Made by a program: the position numbers and the translations under genes. The notes under the pieces were generated by a model. The model was not told the origin of the DNA, ran no database searches, and worked only from the letters and a program-made list of their open reading frames with translations. From a virus, in IMG/VR virus record IMGVR_UViG_3300045972_000132, positions 35,408 through 99,407 of that record: a stretch of DNA of 64,000 nt. One strand, 5' to 3'. Shown here one piece after another: positions 18,644-29,018 of the stretch (position 1 is its first letter; every line of letters starts with the position of its first letter).

Positions 18644-19705
18644 ATGGCATATACACTTGAAAAAACTTGGCAATACGCTCCCAATATTCCGCCTAGCGAT
18701 ATCTCATCTGTTACAGCACTACAGAAAAGCTATTTATGGTTTATTAAGGCAGCCTTAACGGGTCAGACTGGTGGCCTCTCGGCTGGTCTCTGGACTTGTT
18801 ATTATTCATGTGATGGTACTACAGCCGGAACTGCTGGGGACGGAATAGACCGGTGGACGGCATCCTACGACGCCACCAAGATTGTAAATGCTAATGCGGG
18901 AAGTGCCCACTCTTGGATGGTGCTTCGTAGCCCCGCCAACTTTGTCAGAACCGGTGTCTACCTTTACATGATCATCGATGTCGTAGCCAGCACCAACGCA
19001 CTGACACTGACATTCTGTGTGGGTGCGCCCACGGCTGGGAGCACTACAGCCGCACCTACACAAGGTGCATCGGCTTGGCACCACACCGGGATCCAGTGGT
19101 CCGACGGTACACTTACCCAACATTTTCATTGCTCTCTCTCTTCAGAGGGTGCGTTCTTCCTGTTCAACAGTAAGGACACTACCTACTTTGTAATGGGTGG
19201 ACTAATTGTGTCCAAGCTCGCAGATACGCGCACGCTCGACACCGTACCAGTAGTCTCGTTCATCAGTTACGGGTCCTCATCCCCTGGTGCGTTCGGTATC
19301 CCCTCCGAGACGTACAGTACAATGGGCATCCAAGCCTATCGCCTTGCTGGAGTGTCCGGCTTTGGGTGGGGTAGTAGCTATGGTGGAGGCGAGCAGTCTG
19401 TTTGTGTTCTGTTATACAACATTCTAGACACGTTTACAGGTGGCCGACAACCGCTTGCGACCAACCTTTCTTACGCCCAGTTCTACGATTCGTTTGAGAC
19501 TACATCGGGTACTGATTTGCCTGTGTATCTATTCTGCCCTGCCGGGCAGGCTGGAGGATGGACTATCAAAGGCCGCGTACCTGACCTTCGTATTTGCAGC
19601 TCAAATGGTATCAATGTCGGGTCTGTTGCTCCTGGGCCTGCTGGACCTGTTACTACAATTTCAATGGGTGCAACTTGGTTCCCGACCGGTGCTGCGCTGG
19701 TATAG
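18644..19705 (+). CDS. Putative virion protein, cassette 1 gene A (paralog of 20419)
   Basis: EKTWQ..PN, WF.KA.LTG, AHSW.VL.SP and KGR..DL shared with ORF 20419. Confidence 0.6.
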   Translation: MAYTLEKTWQYAPNIPPSDISSVTALQKSYLWFIKAALTGQTGGLSAGLWTCYYSCDGTTAGTAGDGIDRWTASYDATKIVNANAGSAHSWMVLRSPANFVRTGVYLYMIIDVVASTNALTLTFCVGAPTAGSTTAAPTQGASAWHHTGIQWSDGTLTQHFHCSLSSEGAFFLFNSKDTTYFVMGGLIVSKLADTRTLDTVPVVSFISYGSSSPGAFGIPSETYSTMGIQAYRLAGVSGFGWGSSYGGGEQSVCVLLYNILDTFTGGRQPLATNLSYAQFYDSFETTSGTDLPVYLFCPAGQAGGWTIKGRVPDLRICSSNGINVGSVAPGPAGPVTTISMGATWFPTGAALV

Positions 19706-19708
19706 CCG

Positions 19709-20149
19709 ATGGCCTACGTCAATCACAACCACGCAGAGGCCGCACCTACTGATGCCCAAGTACAGTCACGCTTCCCGTACTACCGCCAATTCATTTTGGG
19801 CCGCGTAGGGCTTGGCAGTTTCAGCGGGGCTGTTTCTTATACTCCTCCCATACCCACTATTACAAATATATTACCTCCATCCCCTACCATTCTACCTCCT
19901 AATTCTTCTATTCAGTTTGACGCCATTGCCCTTGGGGTTCTCAAGAAGACTATCATTATGGTTCAGATGGGTACCTCATACGAAGTCATCTTCGACGGAG
20001 ACTCCTTCGCTCCTAATTATGTTGGTAGTGTTAAATCCACGATTTCCAATGGCTTTAGATTCACGGTCGCCCGAATAGGTGGTTGGCTATCTACCTCTAT
20101 ATCTTTAAACATCTTTGCAATCGATGGATTTGCCCAAATAGCCCCGTAG
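19709..20149 (+). CDS. Putative virion protein, cassette 1 gene B (paralog of 21579)
   Basis: EVIFDG..F...Y, R.GGW and AID shared with ORF 21579. Confidence 0.6.
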   Translation: MAYVNHNHAEAAPTDAQVQSRFPYYRQFILGRVGLGSFSGAVSYTPPIPTITNILPPSPTILPPNSSIQFDAIALGVLKKTIIMVQMGTSYEVIFDGDSFAPNYVGSVKSTISNGFRFTVARIGGWLSTSISLNIFAIDGFAQIAP

Positions 20150-20155
20150 GGAGAG

Positions 20156-20184
20156 GTGACTCTACTTCACTTTTGATGTATAGT
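20156..20184 (+). promoter_or_regulatory. Promoter with operator palindrome
   Basis: GTGACT-17nt-TATAGT; TACTTCA-CTTT-TGATGTA at 20163-20180. Confidence 0.75.
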
Positions 20185-20220
20185 TATTCCAGCTAGATTC
20201 TTTATTAAAAGGAGCCGAAG

Positions 20221-20415
20221 ATGGCACTCAGCGCGAAATGCAGTGTATGTGGTAAAGACTTTGAGCAAACAAATCCAGGTGATGGATTGGTTTTCTTCGT
20301 TCTTAGGGATCAGCCAAACCCAGCCACACAATGGGAGCTACCTAGAACGTTTGCCTGCTATACTTGTATCCCTAATCTAAAAACGGCCCTTTTGGCGTTA
20401 CTACCTAAGGCTTAA
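20221..20415 (+). CDS. Small CxxC...CxxC protein
   Basis: CSVC and CYTC; strong SD aaggag. Confidence 0.65.
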   Translation: MALSAKCSVCGKDFEQTNPGDGLVFFVLRDQPNPATQWELPRTFACYTCIPNLKTALLALLPKA

Positions 20416-20418
20416 TCA

Positions 20419-21567
20419 ATGGCGACTACTTGGGAACGCACTTGGCAGACGCTGCCGAATAATACTCCCGTTACTCCTGCGGATTTCTATAAGTACGCCT
20501 TCTGGTTCTTCAAGGCGTTCCTAACGGGAACAGGAGGTACCGGCACCACTGGAGCAGGTAAGTGGTCTTTATATCAGGTATGTAACTCTGTTACAGTATC
20601 TGCAACTAATCCAGTAGACCCTTATGCGACCTTCTCCGCAGGAGATTGGGTTCAGGGTACGATTGCTTACAACCTCGTAAATCCTGGTCTTACCGGGGCT
20701 GGGCTTCCGGCTCACTCTTGGTATGTTTTAAAATCTCCAGCCATGGGTACTGGACCATACTACTTAATCTTTGATTATCTTGGTCTAGACTATAGTTACT
20801 GTGGCATTTATATGACCAAGACTCCACCTACAGGTGGTACTACCACTGCCCGTCCTTCTTCTGTCATCGAAACGGGTTGGGCTGGTAACGCCGACTCTAA
20901 CTTTGGGTTAGGCGGGACCAACAACCAGTACGCCTCGTATCAGAGTTATAGCAATCAATTTTGTTACTATGGCACCCCTCAATTTATAAACGCTAGCCTC
21001 TCTACCAACGGCGACTTCTATTTCGCAATGTCCGTGCAAGGGTCAGCCACCTTTAGCAGCTTCTTCATGTTTCAAGAGCTTGCAGAATGCCAGCCCTCCG
21101 ATACCTGTAGAGCCATTATGTTTCGTCATGTAAACGGGGCCGGAGTATTTGAAGATGTTAACGGATGTGGTATTGCTTCGCGCCAGCACTGCTTTAAAAC
21201 ACTTCGTGCGGACGGTACCACTTACGCTAACTCGGGCGGTATCGCCCTCATGGGTATTGCTCCCTACGGTTCCTCCAGTATCAATAATCAGTATATGTGT
21301 GCCTATCAGTGGGATACCATTCTTGCGGGTTATGTAGATTGGCCCTACTACATCATGACAGGTGGCGCATACAACAACTATTCTCGTAAGGGTCGGCTCG
21401 TTGACTTAGTACTAACACAAACCAGTACTGATTATTATTCCGCCAATAGCGGCCTAGGGCATAAGCTGCCCATGGGTTCAGTGGAGCCGGTAAGTCCTCC
21501 GTATGCAAGTGTAGCTATTGGAGGGCAGTGGCTTCCTTGGATCTCTTCATCCGTTCCAGCAATGTAA
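20419..21567 (+). CDS. Putative virion protein, cassette 2 gene A
   Basis: Paralog of 18644. Confidence 0.6.
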   Translation: MATTWERTWQTLPNNTPVTPADFYKYAFWFFKAFLTGTGGTGTTGAGKWSLYQVCNSVTVSATNPVDPYATFSAGDWVQGTIAYNLVNPGLTGAGLPAHSWYVLKSPAMGTGPYYLIFDYLGLDYSYCGIYMTKTPPTGGTTTARPSSVIETGWAGNADSNFGLGGTNNQYASYQSYSNQFCYYGTPQFINASLSTNGDFYFAMSVQGSATFSSFFMFQELAECQPSDTCRAIMFRHVNGAGVFEDVNGCGIASRQHCFKTLRADGTTYANSGGIALMGIAPYGSSSINNQYMCAYQWDTILAGYVDWPYYIMTGGAYNNYSRKGRLVDLVLTQTSTDYYSANSGLGHKLPMGSVEPVSPPYASVAIGGQWLPWISSSVPAM

Positions 21568-21578
21568 GGTAAGTACTC

Positions 21579-22085
21579 ATGGGCGTTGTTCGTTACCAAA
21601 ATCCTCTACCAAGCGTAGCTAGACAGACCAGATATGGTGTAACTAGCTACGCCAGCGTAAGACGCCCTACTATTTATCCGCCTACCCCCTCAAGGCAGGT
21701 TAGATACGGCCAAAAAAGCTTTGCCATCGGAAGTCGTCGCCAAGGCTTCGTACCGGGATTACCAGATCTACCTATCGCCCCCTCTGTTGTTATTATTTCC
21801 CCTACAGTGGGAAACCCACTGGCTCCGTCAGACTTAATTAGGGTCAATGTAATTTACCCTAGAAGCCTTCGCAGATCTGTATTATTAGTAAATTTTGCCG
21901 AACTAGGTTCAGATGAAGTTGTCTTCGACGGATACGTTTTCACAGTCAGATATTCACTTTCCATAGTTTCCGTTGGAACGAGCAATTCACTATTCGTAAT
22001 ACAGCGTAAGGATGGCTGGCCTACAGGAGCCACCGTGTCACTAAGAGCTATCGCCATTGATACCTACGGCCAGGAGGCCGCATAA
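21579..22085 (+). CDS. Putative virion protein, cassette 2 gene B
   Basis: Paralog of 19709 (EVVFDG..F...Y, RKDGW, AIDT). Confidence 0.6.
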   Translation: MGVVRYQNPLPSVARQTRYGVTSYASVRRPTIYPPTPSRQVRYGQKSFAIGSRRQGFVPGLPDLPIAPSVVIISPTVGNPLAPSDLIRVNVIYPRSLRRSVLLVNFAELGSDEVVFDGYVFTVRYSLSIVSVGTSNSLFVIQRKDGWPTGATVSLRAIAIDTYGQEAA

Positions 22086-22086
22086 T

Positions 22087-25000
22087 ATGCCTGTATTTAC
22101 TTGGCCGGTTCTATCTCCTAGCTTGATTACGCCTACCTATGTAGACAGATCTGGTGTTTACCTCGGTATGGGTACTTTTGATACTGGATTCTTTAATTGG
22201 TCCAAATGGGCACAAATGACCCTCTGGGATCACTTGCCCATGCTATATAAGAATTCAGATGAAAATGGACTCTTGGAAGCCATGCTAGTTGGGCTTGGCG
22301 AAACTATGGAAGAGTTCCGATACAAGATATCAAAGCTAGATACCTTGAAGGATCCTCTTCTAGTCCCTACTAGTTCTGATGCTAACGAGGTCCATCTAGT
22401 TCTAGGCCCTGTCGTAGACTCTCAACCAGTAATTGATCAATCTGGTCTAAATGGTTGGGTTAGCGCACTAGGTCTGTTCACGGCCCCCACAGCAAGGTTC
22501 ACTAATGATGATGTCGGTAAGTACCTTAGGATCTCTGGAAGTGCCAATCCTCTGAACAATACCAAGGTTAAGATCTCCTCAATTATCTCAGGTACCTCTG
22601 TATATACCTATCCAAAACTAGCTACTGATGCTGTGGTTCCTGGAATTCTTTCTTGGTCAGTATCTCCTTCCGTTGATCCTGCTGCGGACTACACTACCGT
22701 TGAAATTCAAGCAGGCGATACCAGCAACATTCGTCTAGGTTGGACCTTGTGGGATGGGTTGTCTAAGAATGAAATCATAGGTAAAGACAGATTCCCAGTT
22801 GCTACTAATAACCATAACGTCTTGAGCCAAGAAGCTCTCGACGGAGTAGTTGCTCTTGGTAATGATGGGCGAACATACTTGTTCTCAAAAAAGATTGTCT
22901 TCAAGACTTCTGACAAGGGCAAGCCACTTAGTATTCGTGGTTCCAGCATTGTGTCTAACAACAATACCTTGTGGTCGGTTGGATCCCTAGTTAGCTCTGC
23001 CAACACCCCTACAGCATTCAGTGGATATAGTGGAATATCTGTAATTGATGCCGCTACTTCTGGTAGGGAGGCTGGGGTCACTCATACTTATCCGACAGTG
23101 GACGCTAACCCTATTTACTTTGCTGTCCTAAACAGACCCTTTATTTATTTGAAAAAGGGAGCCAGACCGCTAGGTATCTTGGAAAACAGCGGAGCAGATC
23201 TCTCTATTATTTCCTATACTGACGGAACAATTTCAATCCCCGGCATGTCTTTCGATGCTGTTAAGCACGTTGGTAGAGTAATTCGTATTTGGGGAACCTA
23301 TGGGGTATTTCCAACTACCGCTGCTCAATTCTTTGAAGCTAAGATTCTCTCTATTAGTGACGCTACACACGCTACCTTGGATCGAGCACTTCCGTTGGAT
23401 CCAGGTGTGTCGTTGAACTGGGAAATAAGAAGCGCACCTACGACAGATACAGCAAATGCAAGCGATACGTCAGACGTAGCTAACATGTCCGCTGTGGACA
23501 TGTATCCCCCTTCAATGGCGAGACTCCTAGCTCAAGAGTTTGGATCAGACATCTCGCTGGCAGAGCGGGAATCCCGACAGAGGGCTTGGATTGTAAATCT
23601 AATAAACTGGATTGATAAAAAAGGTACTGCGGAAGCCTATAGGATCATTGGAATTCTAAGCGGTTATCTAGTCCAAGCATCCCAGCTTTTCAGTGTCCGC
23701 TTGAGTTCAATTTACGGACAAATGCTTCCACCTAACTGTTTTTACGAACAGCCTGAATCAGTCAAGGGTCGTTTCGGAACTGATGGTGTCCTGATACTAA
23801 CCGGATCTACGATTCAATTCTACTCCCCCAGTGCGTCGTTTTATCAAATAGACATCGGTCGTTGTGTCCGATTAAGAAATTGTGCAAATCCATTTAATGC
23901 TAAACGATATACCATTAGTAACGTCCTGGACACTCACACAGTTCAATTTCTCGCGTCTGATTATGTATCAGGTGTGCAGACATTCCCAGATACTAGTACT
24001 AGCTGGGCACTGGTAGTCCTACTAACTGAAAACCCTCCTTCCGTTGCACCTTATGATGAAGTCAACTCTGATATTATGACTTCCTATGTGGGTTCGACCG
24101 CATTCTCTCCCGACATGTTCTCTTGGGATCCTAACTTTGCACCCATAATGCACGTTGGGAACGGCCCCACAGCGCCCGTTAAGATCAGTAACTCTACATT
24201 TCAAGTTACCTTGAAAGATATAACTGCTCTGGATTACTCAAGCACCTCTGGAACTATTTCCATCGGAAATACAGTTACTCAAGGATCTGCCTCTGGTACG
24301 GTAGTTTATGGGTCTAGCTCTGGTTCCGGAACCATCTGGGTCTACACTACTTCCTCAGCTCAATTCACCCCAGGTGCAGCCACCTTTACTGGAGGCAGTT
24401 TAACTATTACTTCTACCCCTATCTATACATCCGCTTCAGCGGGGGTTAGATCAGGAACTGCGGCAGTAATGGGGGATTCCCCAAATTGGACCCTAACTGA
24501 CTCCGCAGGTAGTATTTTTCATATAATCAGCCGCTCGACAGTCATCGCTGGTACACCCAATACCTACACTGCATTAATCGAATCTACATCAGTCCCAGTT
24601 ACAAATTCATCTGCCCTCTGGAAACTAACCTACGTTTGTCCAAGATTATCTGGCACAAATAGAGACTTTGCCCCAAGTGCAACCATGAAGCTTAACTACT
24701 CTTCCCAAGTAGCTCCTAATAATCCTGACATTACAGAAGAAGCATTCATAGACAGACTTGCAGCTGCAAAACCCGTTCATGTGACTTTCTATAAAAGTTC
24801 CCTAGGTAGACCCCTTCTAGGTGGTCCTACAACCTCCATCGGAGCGCCTAAATTCGGAGTTTCGGGTCTCTCTGGTATCGGTTCTAATAAATTCGGGGAT
24901 CTAATTATCTCTGACACTGGATACATCAGGACTCTAGATACCAATGGAAACGTAAAGACCGTCAAGGGCATTACAGGCGGCGCTTGGACTCCATATAAGA

Positions 25001-25857
25001 GCCGGGATCCAGTGACAGACTCCAACGGGAACATATTCTTCGCCAACTTACAGAATGTTCAAAAACTAGATCCGTTTGGAAACTTGACTGTGTTTGCGGG
25101 AAGTCCAAGCACTTCGACTGATACCGGATACATTGATGGTATCGGGACCATAGCTAGATTTACCAACATCGAGCACATGTGCATTGACTCCTCCGATAAT
25201 ATCTACGTAGCTGATACCGGCGCGTGGAACAACTCGGGCGCGTGGGGTGTACCGGGGTCTCTTATTAGAAAAATTGATAAATACGGCAATGTTACCACTT
25301 TAAGTGGTGCCTCTACTGCGGCTTACGCAGGCACGGGAGTGTCCGGATCCGGAAACTTAGCACAATGGATGCATATAAAAGGATTGCAGTGGGTAGCAGG
25401 TACCAGCACTACGCCAGAATACCTGCTAGTAACGGACTACTTGGATAAATGCATCAGTAAATATACCTTCAGTACCTCCACGGCTACCCTGTTGCTTGGC
25501 ACCCACGGAACCGGCTTTGGTTATTCTAACTTAAGTGGTGTGGTTGTTGGTCCAATTTCAAAAAATATGTATATACTGGCTGGAAACTCAGGGTTCAACT
25601 CCTCTGCAATTATTAAAATAACTTCAGCCTTAGTCGTTTCCATATATGCAGGAAATGTGTCTTCCTTGGGACACACGGATGCTGTAGGTGGAAGTGCTCT
25701 TTTTGGAAGTTTGACAGGACTTACAGTCGATCAAGATGAAACCCTGTATGTTTGCGGCCAAGATAGTATAATTAGAAGAATTGCGTACTCTCCTACGGTC
25801 GGAACGGTAACTACGATTGCCGGGGTGTATAATGTGGCAGGTTCTAACGATTACTAG
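22087..25857 (+). CDS. Baseplate wedge gpI-like protein with internal repeats and a C-terminal NHL beta-propeller
   Basis: LWDHLP.LY..D..G.LE, LLA.EFG..I....E..QR..I......KKGT, KP.HV; NHL-like D..GNI..AD and FAGS...GY.DG.G..ARF; ATG 22087 follows the previous stop. Confidence 0.7.
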   Translation: MPVFTWPVLSPSLITPTYVDRSGVYLGMGTFDTGFFNWSKWAQMTLWDHLPMLYKNSDENGLLEAMLVGLGETMEEFRYKISKLDTLKDPLLVPTSSDANEVHLVLGPVVDSQPVIDQSGLNGWVSALGLFTAPTARFTNDDVGKYLRISGSANPLNNTKVKISSIISGTSVYTYPKLATDAVVPGILSWSVSPSVDPAADYTTVEIQAGDTSNIRLGWTLWDGLSKNEIIGKDRFPVATNNHNVLSQEALDGVVALGNDGRTYLFSKKIVFKTSDKGKPLSIRGSSIVSNNNTLWSVGSLVSSANTPTAFSGYSGISVIDAATSGREAGVTHTYPTVDANPIYFAVLNRPFIYLKKGARPLGILENSGADLSIISYTDGTISIPGMSFDAVKHVGRVIRIWGTYGVFPTTAAQFFEAKILSISDATHATLDRALPLDPGVSLNWEIRSAPTTDTANASDTSDVANMSAVDMYPPSMARLLAQEFGSDISLAERESRQRAWIVNLINWIDKKGTAEAYRIIGILSGYLVQASQLFSVRLSSIYGQMLPPNCFYEQPESVKGRFGTDGVLILTGSTIQFYSPSASFYQIDIGRCVRLRNCANPFNAKRYTISNVLDTHTVQFLASDYVSGVQTFPDTSTSWALVVLLTENPPSVAPYDEVNSDIMTSYVGSTAFSPDMFSWDPNFAPIMHVGNGPTAPVKISNSTFQVTLKDITALDYSSTSGTISIGNTVTQGSASGTVVYGSSSGSGTIWVYTTSSAQFTPGAATFTGGSLTITSTPIYTSASAGVRSGTAAVMGDSPNWTLTDSAGSIFHIISRSTVIAGTPNTYTALIESTSVPVTNSSALWKLTYVCPRLSGTNRDFAPSATMKLNYSSQVAPNNPDITEEAFIDRLAAAKPVHVTFYKSSLGRPLLGGPTTSIGAPKFGVSGLSGIGSNKFGDLIISDTGYIRTLDTNGNVKTVKGITGGAWTPYKSRDPVTDSNGNIFFANLQNVQKLDPFGNLTVFAGSPSTSTDTGYIDGIGTIARFTNIEHMCIDSSDNIYVADTGAWNNSGAWGVPGSLIRKIDKYGNVTTLSGASTAAYAGTGVSGSGNLAQWMHIKGLQWVAGTSTTPEYLLVTDYLDKCISKYTFSTSTATLLLGTHGTGFGYSNLSGVVVGPISKNMYILAGNSGFNSSAIIKITSALVVSIYAGNVSSLGHTDAVGGSALFGSLTGLTVDQDETLYVCGQDSIIRRIAYSPTVGTVTTIAGVYNVAGSNDY

Positions 25858-25889
25858 TTTGTGGTACCATATTTAAAAAGAGGTTCCCC

Positions 25890-28598
25890 TTGGCCGCTAT
25901 TCTTCTAAATACCTTCGCAACATCAGCGGTATCGGTTCAATACAAAGAGCCGTATCTAACTGATGCTATCAATAACAAGTTATCCGTCGTGGTTCCTACT
26001 GGAATCTACGAAGGGTTTGTCATGATCGGCAGTTCCGTCAACACGATACAACTTCTCACCGAAGTAGGGACCAATGGGACTGCATCTAGTCTAGCAATCG
26101 TCAGGGATGCCACTAACGGTAGAACCCTTACTGTCTCTAGTTCTAGCGTTATTACCTTCGATACTACCCCTGTAGGTAATGCCAACGATGTAGTATTCGT
26201 ACTAGAAGCTTCCTATGCTGCTTCTGGAAACCGATCTGTTGTAGTAAACGCCTACTCTGCTTCAGATTGGGCCGCACTAACTAGTGCTCAAAAACTTCCT
26301 CTTGTGGTCCTAGGAACTGCCAATACTCTAGTGGGTGGCACTCCATTTGTAAAACTTTCGGGTAGAACTGAAGCTTGGGATAGAACTTCAAAATATGCCA
26401 TCCCTATGGTTAACGTGGTTAAGAACTCGGGGTTTGAACTAGGACAAGCTAGTGCAACTTCAAACGTCCGTAGAATACCATTTTGGGATTATTCTTCAAG
26501 TGGAACCTCCTCATACCCTGCGGTTTCAACCACTTCGGCTACAGGTAATTATTCTCTAGTAGTTCACTCAAATCAATTAACCGGCTCCACCAACTTTTCT
26601 GCTTCAATTTCCCAGAAGTTAAATATCCCAGTTGTAGCGGGAGATCTTTTACGACTTAAGTATTCTAAACGGACATTAATTGCTAGCACTTCTGGTGGTG
26701 CTGTTGGAATTGTCTACCTATATTTCGACAACGCTTCCGTCATCGTATCCACGTTTACCTTTTCATCCACAGATGCATCCTTTGTAACTACGGATATATT
26801 TGGAGCGGTACCTGCCGGGGCTAAGTCTCTAACTTCCATTAGCATTGATTTAACTGGCTATGTGTTTCCGGCTTTTACCGGGGACGCAATCCTATTCGAC
26901 TCAGTTCAAGTTCTAATGCGCCCAAGTGTTGCTCAACGGGATCCAATTAACCAGACCCAAATTGGAATCCCCCAGTTCGCAAGCTCACTAACTTTGGATA
27001 ATGGTTCTGGGATAACCTTCGGAACTGGAGCCACTAGATTATATTCAGATGGGACCAATCTTGTAATCGCTGATCCCGATGGAACCTCTAGTACTCAACC
27101 TGCTATTGATGCTAAGGGTCAATTACTAGTTGCTAAGAATGCGGTAATCAATTCTAGTGCAGCGGCTGGAAACGGCCTCACGGTTAGTTCCGGGGCGACG
27201 GGAAATGGTATCGTTGCTTCTGGCGGTGCTACTTCAGGTGCCGGTGGTGTATTTACCGGTGGCCCTACCTCAGCAGGTGTTGCATCTACAGGTGGCTCTG
27301 GCGGCTCCGGTGTTCAAGGTACTGGTGGTACTGGCAATGCTGCGGGCATATCGGGTCAAGGTTCTGGTAACGGCTCTGGTGTTCAAGGCACAGGCGGTCC
27401 CACAGTCGGTGCCCATGGTTTAACTGGTACCGGTGGAGCCTCGGGTGGATACGGCTTAAACGCAGTCGGTACTGGTGGATTCTCCGGTTTAAATGCAGTT
27501 GGTAGCGGAAGTGCGGCTGGTGCCACCTTCACTGGTGGAACCACCACTGGAGCGCCTGGATTAACCGCATCAGGCGGTCCCACTGGTGGTCCAGGAGCCA
27601 CTTTTCAGGCGATTGGTTCTAATCCCGGCATTTCTGTTACCGGTGGAACTAGAGGTGGAGTATTTACAGGATACATCGGTATAGAGGCTACGGGTAGTGG
27701 CACGGGTAGTGGCGCTGTCCTCACGGGTGGAAATACTCTTGGTGGATACGGAGCCATCATAAATTCTGGAACCTCCGGTGGAACAGCGATTCTAGCTTCC
27801 GCTGCTATCTCTGGGACCAACACTGGCGATGGTATTCAAGCCTCTGGTGCCTACACAGGAGTTGGTGGTAGATTTACTGGTGGAAGTGCCGGTCAAGGTG
27901 TTATAGTTTCAGGAACTGCTGGTGGTACTTTCACAGGGTCATCAAGCTATGGAATTTCCGCTTCTGCTGGTGGAAGTGCGACCGGAGGATTATTCAGTAG
28001 TGCTGCGGGAATTGGGGCATTTGGACAAGGTGGTTCATCGGGAGGCTTCACTGGAAAACAAGGTCTAATGGCTCAAGCGGGAGCTTCTCCTGCAAAGGGA
28101 GCATTGAATCTAGTCTCTCAATCCACTCCGATAAATCCGGATCAAGGGGACGTTTGGTATGATGGTACTAGCCTTGTAGTTAAGACTCCAGCCTCTCAAA
28201 ACTATATTCTATCTACTCCTGCTAGTAATAGTTATTGGGGGCCTATAAATTCTGGTGTTGTCGATACTACAAGTCCCTCTTATGCATCAGTTTGTTCCAC
28301 TTCTATATCCTTACTAGAGCCTAAAATTGTTCTTGTGATTCTTCAGCCCACTGCAAGCTTAGTTCATAGCATCTCACTCGGTGGTGCCACCTCTGCAACA
28401 TTTAGAATCACCGCCGGTGGATTCGAAATAACATCGTGGACTCTAGGCTCTACGGAACCTATCCCTAAATCATACTCATTTATATGTTCAGGATTGCCCT
28501 CTGGAACTAATACCGTCTCTTTTGACGTTAAAGGTCCGGGTGGCCCGCACATTATTGTAAGCAACATCACTATGTATGTTAAAGCTCTAGCTTGGTAA
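25890..28598 (+). CDS. Tail fibre with a carbohydrate-binding-like domain and glycine-rich repeats
   Basis: NVVKNSGFE motif; Gly-rich repeats like those of 16365; SD agaggt before TTG. Confidence 0.7.
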   Translation: MAAILLNTFATSAVSVQYKEPYLTDAINNKLSVVVPTGIYEGFVMIGSSVNTIQLLTEVGTNGTASSLAIVRDATNGRTLTVSSSSVITFDTTPVGNANDVVFVLEASYAASGNRSVVVNAYSASDWAALTSAQKLPLVVLGTANTLVGGTPFVKLSGRTEAWDRTSKYAIPMVNVVKNSGFELGQASATSNVRRIPFWDYSSSGTSSYPAVSTTSATGNYSLVVHSNQLTGSTNFSASISQKLNIPVVAGDLLRLKYSKRTLIASTSGGAVGIVYLYFDNASVIVSTFTFSSTDASFVTTDIFGAVPAGAKSLTSISIDLTGYVFPAFTGDAILFDSVQVLMRPSVAQRDPINQTQIGIPQFASSLTLDNGSGITFGTGATRLYSDGTNLVIADPDGTSSTQPAIDAKGQLLVAKNAVINSSAAAGNGLTVSSGATGNGIVASGGATSGAGGVFTGGPTSAGVASTGGSGGSGVQGTGGTGNAAGISGQGSGNGSGVQGTGGPTVGAHGLTGTGGASGGYGLNAVGTGGFSGLNAVGSGSAAGATFTGGTTTGAPGLTASGGPTGGPGATFQAIGSNPGISVTGGTRGGVFTGYIGIEATGSGTGSGAVLTGGNTLGGYGAIINSGTSGGTAILASAAISGTNTGDGIQASGAYTGVGGRFTGGSAGQGVIVSGTAGGTFTGSSSYGISASAGGSATGGLFSSAAGIGAFGQGGSSGGFTGKQGLMAQAGASPAKGALNLVSQSTPINPDQGDVWYDGTSLVVKTPASQNYILSTPASNSYWGPINSGVVDTTSPSYASVCSTSISLLEPKIVLVILQPTASLVHSISLGGATSATFRITAGGFEITSWTLGSTEPIPKSYSFICSGLPSGTNTVSFDVKGPGGPHIIVSNITMYVKALAW

Positions 28599-28610
28599 TC
28601 AGGAGAAACT

Positions 28611-29018
28611 ATGTCAATTCGCGTCCGCTACAAATTCATTCCTTCAATTTCATCTGATGCCAACGAAGCCAGAGATCTTGGGAATCCGCTGATTGAAGTC
28701 TACAGCGATGCCTTGGTAGACGGCGGCTCATTCAGGGCTACTGTTCCAGCCTTGGCGACCAATTTACAAATCGCTATGCCGGGAATCGCTAACGTTAGCT
28801 TCCTAGCCATTAGAGCTACCTCAACCGATTCCTCACTAGCTCCTGTAACGGTTAACTTGACCAAAAACTCCCCCTCAGGTGAAGTTATTGCCTTGGTTCC
28901 ATTCGGAGGTAAAGAGTCACTTCTTGTGCTAACCACCTCCGGTATCACTAGCATCTATGCTAGCAACCCTAGCACCACTACCTCAATGGACTTAACCTTC
29001 TACGTCGCCGGTAACTAA
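28611..29018 (+). CDS. Hypothetical virion-associated protein
   Basis: SD aggag; beta-rich; follows the fibre gene. Confidence 0.55.
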   Translation: MSIRVRYKFIPSISSDANEARDLGNPLIEVYSDALVDGGSFRATVPALATNLQIAMPGIANVSFLAIRATSTDSSLAPVTVNLTKNSPSGEVIALVPFGGKESLLVLTTSGITSIYASNPSTTTSMDLTFYVAGN

